Source of the DNA: Eledone cirrhosa
Lineage: Eukaryota
Length of the DNA stretch: 64,000 bases
Assembly (NCBI GenBank): GCA_964016885.1
Contig: OZ024740.1
Span: 94,922,001 to 94,986,000, forward strand
Reading direction: 5' to 3'
Under the pieces are notes generated by a model. That model searched no databases. It had not been told where the DNA came from and saw only the letters and a program-made list of their open reading frames with translations. The position numbers and the translations under genes were made by a program. Below are positions 31,160 to 43,720 of the stretch, piece by piece (the first letter of the stretch is position 1; every line of letters starts with the position of its first letter).

Positions 31160-31860
31160 ATTATTAATAGAGATGGAGAAAGGAGCATTATACCAGATTA
31201 TGTTTTTGTATCTAGGTCTTTTATTAAAGTTATTGGAATGATCATGATTAATTATTCTACTGTAAGATCTTCTAGAATTTGTTTATTTGCTATATTTGAT
31301 TTTATCAGGATAACCGGCTTTAGAAAGCGCGTTATTATAGTAATTGGCGTTAGCATCAAATATGTTTTTTATTAGATGATAGGTTGGATATTCTTTTTTC
31401 CAATATTACTAACTATAGCATTCTTAATATTAGTGGGGTGGTTAGATTTAAAATTAACCTAATTTAGATTCCGTCGTTTTTTATGGTAAGGGTAATGTAG
31501 GCTAGTGTCAAGATTAAGAGATACATCCAAGAAATTAACTAGTTGGATGTTGTTATCAAATTAAAGTTTTAAGTTATGTTGATTAAAGAGACTACGTACA
31601 TTGTTCTTAATAATATTAAGGTTAATTATGTTGGAATTTAAGTTAGTAGAGAGTCCATCGTTACGATAAACTCCACGGCGAAGTTGAGGAATTTTCCGAT
31701 TCAAAGAGTTTAAAATAAAGATACGAATTAGATCTGTTAATTGGGATGAATCGGATGCCCCCATTGTGATGTCAGAGTGTTAGATATATCAACTCTGGTC
31801 CAATATTCATTGTTGAACTTCACATCATTATCAGCGCACGTAAAACCATCCTATAGACCA

Positions 31861-32870
31861 TAGTAATGGTTCGGCTACTGTCTTTTTAACACCCCACTCC
31901 TCACTGATTAACCTCGATGTCACGTGATTGATTCTTTTGAATTTGCCACCGACCAAGTAGGCAGTGATTTTTTCAATGTCTTGGAATTTAGTCCACGCTT
32001 GCTTTTTTCCATCCATTGAATTATTTTTGTATAAGTTCCCTGTGTCCACGCATCGCCTGGTAATTTAGCTGTGAACAGACTTCATGATAACGAAACGGCT
32101 TCTCCATGCTTTCCATTTGGAAACCATGTTTATTCCCTTTCAGAAACTAATTAGTTGGAGTGAAATTTTAGTAAGTTAATTTTTATTATTTTATTATTTT
32201 ACGTCTTTCATGTAAATGTTCTGCATCCCTTGCATTGAACCACAAAGTTACTAAGACAATACCTATATATTTGCTAGCATAGGTATGCATCTATATATAT
32301 ATATATATATATGTTGGTAGATATACTAATTCTTTATAATTATCTCCAAATTATTTTGTTTAGCAAAAAATTGCCAAAGTTGCTACTATAGTTAATAGTA
32401 ATGGTTCGGCTACTGTCTTTTTAACACCCCACTCCTCACTGATTAACCTCGATGTCACGTGATTGATTCTTTTGAATTTGCCACCGACCAAGTAGGCATT
32501 GATGTTTTCAATGTCTTGGAATTTACTCCACGCTTGTTTTTTTTTTCATCCATTGAATTATTTGTGTATACATTCCCCATGTCCACGCATCGCCTGGTAA
32601 CTTAGCTGAAAACAGGCTCCCTGATGACGAAACGGCTTCACCATGCTCTCCATTTGGAAACCATGTTTATTCCCTTTCAGAAACTAATTAGTTGGAGTGA
32701 AATTTTAGTAAGTAAGTTAATCTTTATAATTTTCTTATTTTACGTCTTTCATATAATTGTTCTGCATCCCCTTGCATTGAACCACAAAGTTACTAAGACA
32801 ACACCTATATATTTGCTAGTATAGGTGTTGCATCTGTATATATATGTTGGTAGATATACTAATTCTTTAT
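31861..32870 (+). repeat. Tandem dimer (535-nt period) of PLE-terminal family C, HHR in each unit
   Basis: tagtaatggttcggctactg at 31861 and 32396; units separated by a short (TA)n. Confidence 0.85.
32617..32697 (+). ncRNA. Type I hammerhead motif (family C)
   Basis: CTCC-CTGATGA-long stem II region-GAAAC-TAATTA-GTT-GGAG; stem III is the 12-nt palindrome AACTAATTAGTT; stem II pairing not resolved. Confidence 0.6.
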
Positions 32871-33075
32871 ATATATATATTTTTATATATATATATATAT
32901 ATATTTTTATTTTTTTATTTTATATATATATATATATATATGTCGCCATTTTTCTAATCCTTATGCAACCTTGCATTCAAAATCTTCATTAGAAGTCCTA
33001 TAAACAGCAACCAGCTAAATCTCTTTGATTTGATTTGTTTCAGATTTATTCAATTATAGATTTTCAATGAGATCG

Positions 33076-36000
33076 AGTCCCGTTCTGTCTGTGTGTGTAA
33101 AGTATTATAACTTGTGTATTATTCACCCGATCTCTTAAAATGTTATAGGAGGATGCGAGATGTTTTTTTTTATAAAAGAAACATAAACACTCTAGATGAC
33201 GCTGTATATTGTGTATTACAATACTATTTTATTAATTAGCACTGATGAACTGTAATACTTCTAGAACCTACAGGTTAGGCAAGTATTGTACTCAGTAATT
33301 TGATTGCCGATGTCACGGAATATAGTTACTGTAAGCGACAATTCCTTAACGACATATACATAACATTTACAGCATTGTGTTTCACATGTTCTTCTCGGTG
33401 ATCAGTTAGTTTGTAATGATATTGTCTTCGAACATTTGCAGTAGGTTCTGAAGTATATCAGCCCTGTTGACAGTTAATGATGTGTTTCACATTTATTCAA
33501 TTACAGATGTTCCATAGAATGCTTCGAAAAAGCACGAGTCACAGTGGAAGAAAAACAGGAAATGATCTTGCTTTGAGTTTTTGCGCGGAAGCGAGACAGA
33601 AGAACAATGTATGCTACGGCGTGCTCGCATTGCTGCTTCTACTTCGATCGCCAGAGGAGTACATACTGGTAAACAAACAGAACTCCGTGTTCCTTGCGAT
33701 GCTGCTTCTACTTCAAATAACCGTGCTTCAGAGACTGTTTACCAAAGGGCAACAAGGCTTGCGGCAGATTCTCAACGGAAAATGCGTTCTCATGTCTTTC
33801 AGAGGGTTTCTTCCTGTTACTGGTTTAAGAAGGCTTTTCATTACAGCCTTCAAGAAGACTACGCATCCCACCCATATATCATCATTGGTAGCATGTCAAC
33901 TGTTTTCGTCCATTGTCTATACTTTTGTTTTGACCATGCTTGAAGACACCAACGGTGGCATCCTCTTCCTGGATACGCCAGGTGGCACAGGAAATACATT
34001 TCTCCTTAACCTCCTTCTTGCCAAAGTTCGCCAACGTGGACAGATTGCCATTGCAATGGCGTCTTCAGGAATAGCAGCAACACTACTAGACGGCGGCAGA
34101 ACAGTCGATTCAACATTTAAGTTTCCCCTTAATATCGGTCATGTTGAAAATCCGACCACCAATATAAAGAAGAATTCTGATGAGGTTGCTGTCTTTCAAA
34201 AATGCAAATTGATTGTCTAGGACGAGGCAACAATGTTCCACAAGAATGCACTTGAGGCAATCAATACAACGCTACAAGAACTGGGCTCCAATTCTAAACC
34301 GTTTGGTGGCGTCGTTCTGCTTCTTGCTGGGGATTTTCGTCAAACACTTCCCATTTTCCCTAAAGATCAACCAGATTATGAAATAGATGCTTGCATTAAA
34401 CATTCTCATCTCTGGCGATTCGTCCAGTCGAGAAAGTTAACCATGAACATGCGATCGATTCGCCACCAACAAGACGGTGTCAATTACTTTGCGTCAAAGT
34501 TATTGGATATTGGTAATGGAAACTTACCAACCAACGTAAACGGTTTGGTTGACATAAGTACCATCGGTAACTACGTCTCCAGCCCTGAGGACATTTGCAC
34601 AAGAGTTTACCCCGACCTCTCAACAAATTACGTCAGTCATCAATGGATGTGTGAAAAGGCCATCTCAGCTCCTACAAATGCCACCGTCCAAGCTCTTAAC
34701 ACATGTCTACTTCGTCAACTTCCTCCCAAGAGTGATATTATAATTCGATTGATTCGATTACGGATCCGACGCAAGTAACGTTTTATCCAACATAGTTTTT
34801 AAACTCACAAGAGCCATCGGGAATGCCACCGTATAAACTCTGCTTAAGACTTGGAAGTCCAATCATACTCTTGAGAAACTTGGAACCTCCTCGGCTTTTC
34901 AATGGCACACGCTTGGTTATAACGCAAATGTTTGATTACGTTCTCGAGGCTACAATAATTACGGGGAAAGGCGCTGGTGACTCTGTTTTTATTTCCCGAG
35001 TTCCACTTATTCGAACAGACTGTCTTTCCGCTGAAAATAGTTCAATTCCCCATTCGATTAACTTTTGCAATGACCATTAACAAAGCCAAGGGGCCGTCAC
35101 TAAAAGTGGTGGTTGGGCTGGACCTCAGTATTCCATGTTTTTCACACGGACAACTGTATGTGGGATTTTCAAGAGTTGGAAACGCGGCCAATCTCTTTTA
35201 ATACGCTCCCGAAAGATTGACAAACAATTTGGTTTATAAGGCAGCCTTCCAATAGTTTTTCGATGTAGTTGAAAGCCCCCTCAAGTTGGTCCTTATTGCG
35301 ATTACTTACTTTTCACAATAGTTAATGTTACTCTTCCAACAAATGCCTATTGATGAAATCAACCATTTTTTTCATTTCAATGGACAGCCTTCCACATGGC
35401 CCAGGTTATTTCATAATTCAATTAAACATGTAGATTCTTACAGATTGCCTTCATGTCAACCGAACTGTCTTCAATGCTTTTTGTACCGATTCTTCATCCA
35501 TTCAGTCAATTAAACGACATTCCAAACGATATTTCCATTTTTCTCTATTCTAAAATTTTTCTCTATTTTCTATTTTCGATATTTCTCTATTTTCACATTT
35601 TAATGACAGATATCTGTGAATAAAACATGCGCTTTTTGAATACCGTCTCATTTTTGATTGGAAGAATTGATCACGTAAAGTTATCCTCCATGTGAAACAT
35701 CGACAACACGGAATTAGCTACTATAAATATAAATATATATAATGACGTATATGTATGAGACGGTTTGTGTGCATGTGTGTGTCTGTGTGTATGTGTATGG
35801 TTTGGAAGAAGGTTTTAGAAAATGATACAATGTGATTATTTAAAACTTTCTGCGGATATTCCAAATCTTGTTTAGTATTCAGTTTTATTTCAATCATTAT
35901 ATTTATTCATGATTTATTCAGCTATTGAATATTCAATTTAAACCAATGGATTATTGTTTTAGTTTATAACCTTTTAATGTATATAATTTAATTGGTGATT

Positions 36001-36129
36001 GACATTATTTCCAATAATCCATGGTGTTGGTTTAGGTGAGTAATGGTATTAGTTAATTAATTAAATATTTAAGTCTGACTGCTTACATGTATTTAATTAC
36101 AGAGCAACATCAGGTTAATTAATTGCTAG
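33076..36129 (+). mobile_element. Internally deleted, decayed Helitron
   Basis: 5' sequence shared with 26575; N-terminal repeats (SETEEQ..RASETVYQR..RL, AFHY..DY..H..IIIGSM); PIF1 helicase; candidate 3' end gagcaacatcaggttaattaattgCTAG|T at 36129 (uncertain). Confidence 0.7.
33930..35253 (+). pseudogene. PIF1-family helicase domain of Helitron RepHel (stops/frameshifts)
   Basis: [112 protein letters not shown]. Confidence 0.9.
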
Positions 36130-37152
36130 TGTCAGTTTAACTAATAGCTATATCAGTTTTTAAATAATTGAAATCTTATTTCAATAAAACAGTCGAGTCA
36201 ATTTGAATAATCACGTCATATGATTTTGTTAGTGAGTATAACCGAAATTATAATACTGTTTACTATACCTATAAAACAATATAATCTAACTACGAATGTA
36301 ATGCTTAAAGGTAATTCACTATACTATTATTTTGACCGTAATATTCTTTACTATAAATATCCATAGAAATATGTGTACTTTATATGTAATAGTTCTTCGG
36401 TGCAATATAACTATAACTCTATCAGTGTGTACTCAATCAATAGAAGTTATAGTTAGTGCAGCTCTATTTAATCTAATCTAATTTAATATAATCTGGCCGA
36501 GTTTACTTTCGCAAATAAGAAGAATCAGGGCCGCCTCTAGAAGCATTGGATTTAGTGTACTTCATACTTGTTTCGGTTGATTAATACAATCAGGAATCGC
36601 TGCTTATCGTGAAGGTCTATAGTTCCATTCTAACTGCGCCTTTCGATTGTTAATATGGATTGATCATTGCAAAACCGCATTGTTCTCAGAACCACTACGG
36701 CAGTATTTCATTGTGTGTAGCTGAGAATACTGCCACCAATTGAATTGGCAGGATTCTTTCTTGTTATTTCAGACGGCCGTTGACTCTTGTGAGTTCTTCC
36801 GGACTTTCTCAGGTTATGTTTTTGTCCTGCAGGGTGTCCAAAATCACCCTCTTCACCTAGTAAAATTGCAGATCTAACTATGCCTTAATACTGTATCAAT
36901 AACTGTAAGATACTAAACATATCACTATAATAATGCTTAAATAGTTGTAATGTGTATATATAATACGTAATGCGTATATATAATACTGAGGGTTGATTTT
37001 CTGGTCCATGTGCGCAGTCGATGGCTGTTGCTGTGCACTCGGTTTTGCCTAAAGGTGATTGTTAGTGTCCTTGATACGCATTGCTGGTACACGTGTGTGT
37101 GTATGTGCGTGTTTGTATGTGTGTGTGGGGGGGGATACGTGTGTATGTGTGC

Positions 37153-37197
<45 letters not shown>

Positions 37198-38109
37198 TGT
37201 GTGTGTGTGTATGTATGTGTTGGGGAATCTACATGTATATCCATTCTGATGAGCATGTGCTTACATGCATTTCAATATCTATAGTTAGGCCTAGACTTCC
37301 ATGGGTAATACCAGTGCATGCGCTAATATTTACTGCAAGTGTGTGACTTCATGTAAATTTGTGGTAGTGTGTGTATGTATGTATGTGTATATATGTGTGC
37401 TTTCTTGCTTACTTATATATGTGTGTGGCAGACTATGTAGTGTTTTCGGAGAGTGTTTCTTTGCGTTAACAATATATGTTTGTATGGTTGTCTTTGTCTC
37501 TATATGCGTGATACGAAATGTGCTATATATGAGTGTAAACGAAACTATTTGTGTTACTGTATATATGTACGTATGTGAGAGTATGCGTTCTTGAAAGTGT
37601 TTCATATTATTGCTTCTGTGTACGAGTCTGCAGAAAGTATATACTGGTGGATGTGCAGAGAGCGTTCGCAGTGAACAGGAGGTTATTCTAATGACGATGG
37701 CTTCAGTTGGTGTGCATCTTATCTCGTAGTCCTTACGTGTGGAGGTGAGCTGGACCGAGTCAAATATTTAGAAATATTGTCTGTTGAATTTGGTGAGGCT
37801 GGTGGTGTTCATGTTGAAACAACGTATATGGCATATGGAGAGAGAATAGTATTGGGATACGGGAAATTAGTTCGAGAGAGGAAGAGTGTTGCAGACGAGG
37901 AGATTTCGGCGTTTGCATGCACATATACAGTGGGGAGGGGGAAGGCAATACGATGGTGAAACCAAAAAATGGAAGTGATAAGGTCTGGCGGAAAAGACGG
38001 TGGATCGACCTATATGTGAGTGTGCGTAATAAAGTATACCTACATAAGCATTTCTCTGAGTGTGTCACTGCAAGCAATAAGTAGATTATATATATATATA
38101 TATATATAT

Positions 38110-41100
38110 AGGAGGAAGTTATAGTTCACTTGAAGCATTGTGTAATGAGGTATAAACATTTGTTTTTTTAAAAACCAAAACAATGCAGGTATGGATATAG
38201 AATATAAATGCAAATGCAGGATATTTAAGTATATTTAAATACATTTAAGGTAAAAGATTAATTGTCAACATTATCTTTTGCATTTGCATTTATATTCTAT
38301 ATCCATACCTGCATTGCTTTGGCTTTACAAACACAAACGTTTATATCTCCTTACACCATGATTCAAGTGAACTATAACTTCCTCCTTTCTTTACGCCTAA
38401 GCCAGGCCCAGTTCATAACTGTAAAGAAACTCTTCCAGCTATCTATAAAGCGCACCAAAGCCGGCTGCCAAATAAACTTCCTCAAACGATGCCTGAATAA
38501 CAAAATCATCCCCAAAACTATCAACTTTTGCACCTACCAACATGTTTCAAATCACCAGGCCTCAAACGATCACTTAGCTACATACACAAATTCTGGCTAA
38601 GAAAACTCATAAAACAGCTACACCGCACGCTACAATAATATATACGGACTATTTCCAGCCTTGTACCACAACTCGCTGACACCCCAGAGCCTCTGCCAAG
38701 AAATATCTCCGCCGCTATCATACCACCATCCCCGAGACTACGAGAAAATACGCCTAACTCAAAAATTTATCAAACTCAGCACGGCTAACCATCTTAACAA
38801 CAACCCAACTCTAAGCACCAACAGAGGCGAACAAGACGGTAACAACACCGTAACTAGCGGCGCCCCGACCAACAAGACACACGAGGCAAAACACCTGGTC
38901 ACAGACTTGACAGGATCCCTATCCCGAGAGGAATTCGACCTCCTCAGCCTGGGTCCCAAGTTCATATAGTAACAGAGACTGGACGACAAATTATGGCTCG
39001 ACATAGAAACGAATTTCTCTCGGGCTGCCTACAAACTAAAATGGATATCGACTCTCGGCAACAACACCACGGAATCTAACAGACCCAGATTCCCGATATA
39101 CCAACTGGATCGCCCAATCTGTCCACCGCCTGCCAACCGCGAGCTTGAAGAAAAACTCTCGATGCTAAAATATTCCGTATTTAACATCTTACGGAAACAG
39201 AAGAAGATAGCCCCAAACCTCTCCAGGACACAACATCTCGCCCTGAAGAACCTACGGAATAGGGAAGTTATATACTTACCATGCGACAAAGGTAAATACT
39301 TTTATGTCATCTCTCAAGCCACATACAACAACCTAGCCTTTGAAAACCTAAGCGACAATGAACTATATACAGAGATCCCGGACATGACTGCAGCCCAGAT
39401 CGAAAAACATGCCAACTCCATCTGGTTCGACATCTGTTGGAGAAGACAACTCCCAAATAAAGTTAAGCTCAACTACACCACTAGAAATAGCAGACTGTCC
39501 ACTTTCTACCATCTCATCAGGAACCACAAGAATAGAACTAAGACGCAAATAAGACATATCGTCTCTAGCATAGAAGGACCCCTATACAAAATATCGTGGC
39601 TTCTCTCCCAGGTCCTCAAGCCTCTACTCTCCACCTTTCCCGGGGACGTCAGTAGTACCGACGAAGTCATAGGTAGATTACACCAACTCCAATCAGAACA
39701 ATTTAAACTAAATAGATACGCCTTTAGGCTCGACGTTGACTCCCTCTACACTACAGTCATCGCTCATCCAGCAGACGATTTATTGACGGACTGCGTTGTT
39801 GCAGAGGAAATCCACTGCTACGGCCTACATCCGACGAACATACACCAGATTTTGTCCTTCCGGTGCTCACACGTACTTCACCTTCCACCACCACACATAC
39901 ATACATACAACAGGATTACCCATCGGATCCAGCCTATCGGGTCTGCTGGCCATCCCCTATATGAAGCAGCTAGAATGCCGAGCCCTCAACACCTGCCATT
40001 CCCATACCTTCTTCACCCGATATGTAGATGACATACTCATCCTTACTTCATCCCATGAGGAGGCGGATAAAATATACACGACATTCTCCAGCATTGACGC
40101 CAGTATAATGTTCAGCATGGAACACACCGATGACCGCGGATCCTTATCCCTACTGGACTTCCAACTCAGGGTAACAGAGGAAGGCAACATCCAGACATGC
40201 TGCTATAAAAAAGCCGCCAGCAGGGACCTGTTTGTACATTTCAGATCGGCCCTCCCAGCTGGCGCTAAGTTCGGATACATAAGGAACGAACTAACACGTA
40301 TCCGGAACAAATGTACTGATTCTAGAGACTCAGACACACGCACCACACATTTCATGGAAGTACTCAAACTGAACAGACACCCGACGTCCACCACGAGGCG
40401 TGCCAGAAAGAACTGAGTACACCACACCCGAGGCACTAACACCTGCTTCCTGAAGCTTCCAAACTTCAGTGAGGAAACAACAACAGCCACCGGCAGAGCT
40501 ATCAGACGAGAGGGATAAGATATCCAACTAGCCCACTCAGGCCCTTCTCTACGCGGACGGCTAACCAAAAGACTATCCACCAGATATGACAGCCGCTGCA
40601 GGCTAGGCAACTCCCTCATCAACGACACAGACCTATGCCACCAGGCTTACGTTGTATACACATTATAATGCGACAAATGCAGCAACATCTACGTAGGTAG
40701 CACCACCAAACCACTTCACTTAAGAATAAAATAACACCTCAATACTAACGCTTCCTCATTTAAGAAACACCTAGTTAAATGCATAAAACACCTACAAAAA
40801 CATAACAGTTAGGCTAGAAACCTAGGAAAGAGACCTCGGCAATGTTAGAATTAAGGAAGCACTGATTATATACAAAACACAACCACCAATCAATAATAGA
40901 CTAATACTCAACACCCAATTTATAACTTGATAGAACACCTAGCCCCATACTTACACACACCCTTTCACACACACGCACGCACACAGACACACACACACAC
41001 CGCTTACACCTCCACTTATTCTCTCTCACACACAGACACACGAAGATCAATTTTAACACGATAAAGAATATATCCCCCACATTCACGTATAAACATACCT

Positions 41101-41461
41101 TCTCACACTCACACACAAACACATACTTACACCTTCACGTATTCTCCCACACACTTCAACATACATGTAAAAAAAACCTTTTAAAGGGAGACTACTTTTA
41201 TCCACCTAACCTTCACTCTTTGACATTAGAGATAGAACAGATTCTCTATACCATTTCCTGTCAGCAAAACTTGGCAAGCTACTTAGAACGCTGGTTTAAC
41301 AACTTTACCTCCCTCCGAAGAAGAGATATTACCTCGAAAATTAAGAATATCTAAATAAATGTATGGTAAAAGACTAATTGCCAACACTATCTTTTGCATT
41401 TGCATTTATATTCTATATCCATACTTGCATTGCTTTGTCTTTTCAATTACAAACGTTTATA

Positions 41462-41465
<4 letters not shown>
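38110..41465 (+). mobile_element. Near full-length decayed PLE (Nematis/Poseidon-like) with direct terminal repeat and 5' inverted repeat
   Basis: N-term INFLKRCLNNKIIPK, LLSLGPKF, PCDKG, RLDVDSLYT, GLPIGSSLSGLLA, YVDD (40021), YKKAASRDLFVHFRSALP, VVYTL*CDKCSNIYVGSTTKPLHLRI; 38250-38346 repeated at 41366-41462; 38110-38218 is the reverse complement of 38280-38386. Confidence 0.9.
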
Positions 41466-41530
<65 letters not shown>

Positions 41531-42113
41531 TGCATGTAAAGTTATATTTAAAATTGTTGGGTTACAACTAGTAAATATTTATAACTGATATAAAAGCACT
41601 CGACAAATATTTGGAGTATATTTACAATATTAAATAAATGGAAAACTATATTTATAAAACCATATTTATTTCATTATATATATATTTCGGGGATATCATA
41701 TTAACAATATAAATATATATATATATATACTTGAGGAGGGTCATATTTGTGTAATATTGCCAGAATTAATAACAGAACACACTCACTGTTTGGTTGGTTT
41801 TCGCTTCTTGCTCTCTTTTATATCGGTAATCTAACTTACTAGGTCCTCAATGTTGCCATTGACTAACCGACGGTCAAAAATAATACAGATACAATATAGA
41901 CACAAACACATATATATAGGTTATTGTAAATCTTTCGTTGCACATCTGCAACATCGTCAGTGGTGTTATATTTTCCTCCTGTTTCGTTGTATGTCTACGC
42001 CATTTTTATTCAGTCTGTCTACATAGACAGACTGAATAAAAATGGCGTATATGTATGTATATGTATGTATGTATATGTATATGTATGTATGTATATGTAT
42101 GTATATGTATGTA

Positions 42114-42214
<101 letters not shown>

Positions 42215-42262
42215 ATATATTTATATGTGTGTGTGTATGTATATGTGTGTGTATGTGTATAT

Positions 42263-42722
42263 GGGCAAAGGGCAAAGGAACTCTTAAGAGTCAATGGCCA
42301 TCCAAAATCACCGGGAGAGATGACCCCTTAGCCTTTGTCAATGCAGAATTCTAGGAGAAGGAAAACTCTGATTTAATACCTGCAACCCTGATGCTATCAA
42401 ATGATGTTGCCTTGTTCTTCTTTGTGGTAAATATCATATTGGTTAAGAGAGTGGGACTGGCTTTGTGCAGTGACTTTGCTCACTATAAAAGCTTCACGAC
42501 ACAGGCATTGCTTTATATCTGGAGATCACTCTGCACTTGTCGTTACATGGTACCAATGGCCCAGCACTATGTGTCAATAATTGTCACAAGTGTAGTGTTT
42601 GTACCAGAGTTTTCAAGTCGCTGGCTGGACTAAAAATTCACACTCGTTCAGCGCATCGGTAGGGGTTCTCCTACATGGATATAAATTAGTGGCCGTACTC
42701 GAAGACGAGTTGGCAGCCACCA
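42263..42722 (+). mobile_element. Possible RTE-clade LINE 5' UTR-derived fragment
   Basis: ctaggagaaggaaaactctgattt motif, which I recall from RTE 5' UTRs; GC-richer block between microsatellites; no ORF. Confidence 0.4.
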
Positions 42723-42732
42723 TGTGTATATG

Positions 42733-42867
<135 letters not shown>

Positions 42868-43720
42868 GTATGTATGTATATGTGTGTATATATATATATA
42901 TACCCATGTGTAGGTATGAGTACATATTCGTGTGTGTACGTATGTGTATGTGTGTTTTTATATGTGTCGCTATATGTTTTTGTGTATGTATGTGGATGTA
43001 TTTGTACATGGGTGTGTGATTGATGGTGTGTGCCTATATATTCCTACATATGCCCGTGTGTGTATGTACGTATATGCGCACATATGTGTGTCTTGAACAA
43101 ATGACTAACTTTGGGGTGGACGTAGAAAAATTCTTCAGGAGTAAAAAAGGAAAAAATAATCATTCACAAACTTGACAGGTGCGATTTGCCTGTGACCATT
43201 CTCAACACAAAAGCAATACTAAAAGCTTTTTCCCCTGAATAAAGGAATGTTTCTAGAATGACCGCGGCAGGCCGCACTTGCTACATTTCTCCACACCCAA
43301 CCCTACTCACCGTCTCAACTCATTACTGCTATGAACACTTTTTCAACAAAACCTACACCCATGCACTTATTAAAGGGGGAGAAAAGAAACCCCCACCACA
43401 CCACAGACATGTTAAATCCCTATATATAGAACAACACACCACATACACATCAGTTTGACAAGCGCACGTCAGCGTGAAAGGTCTTTCTAAAAACGAAACA
43501 ATACCTCCTACGTTAACCAAGAACTCCTAAGACCTAACCAACAACCAACAACTTAATTTATAAAATATTTTTTTTTAAGAAAAATTCTTTTTGGATTTTG
43601 TGAACAAAATAAATTTGTTGAAAGCACAAGTGAAGCCATTTTCTCTTCCCCCCTGTCTAAATATGCCTAACTGTACCAAGGATTACACACATTTTCCAAT
43701 ATATATATATATATATATAT

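Larger units (their letters stand above)
29018..31815 (-). mobile_element. Naiad-like PLE, 5'-truncated and decayed, long 3' UTR ending in an HHR; interrupted by a SINE
   Basis: DITMGASDSSQLTDLI, GVYRNDGL, VNFLDV, WYNAPFS, CNCSVKNKCPLNNHC, VIYECKV, TALSELIWSLKD, CNLCLCE. Confidence 0.85.

Noticed and set aside
33930-35253. Host PIF1 helicase gene
   Set aside because: Intronless, disrupted, Walker A mutated (GTGNT), and flanked by Helitron-type N-terminal and terminal sequences.
37600-38040. Possible very old Neptune-like linker remnant on the minus strand
   Set aside because: Only vague resemblance to 19320-19390; no diagnostic motif readable.
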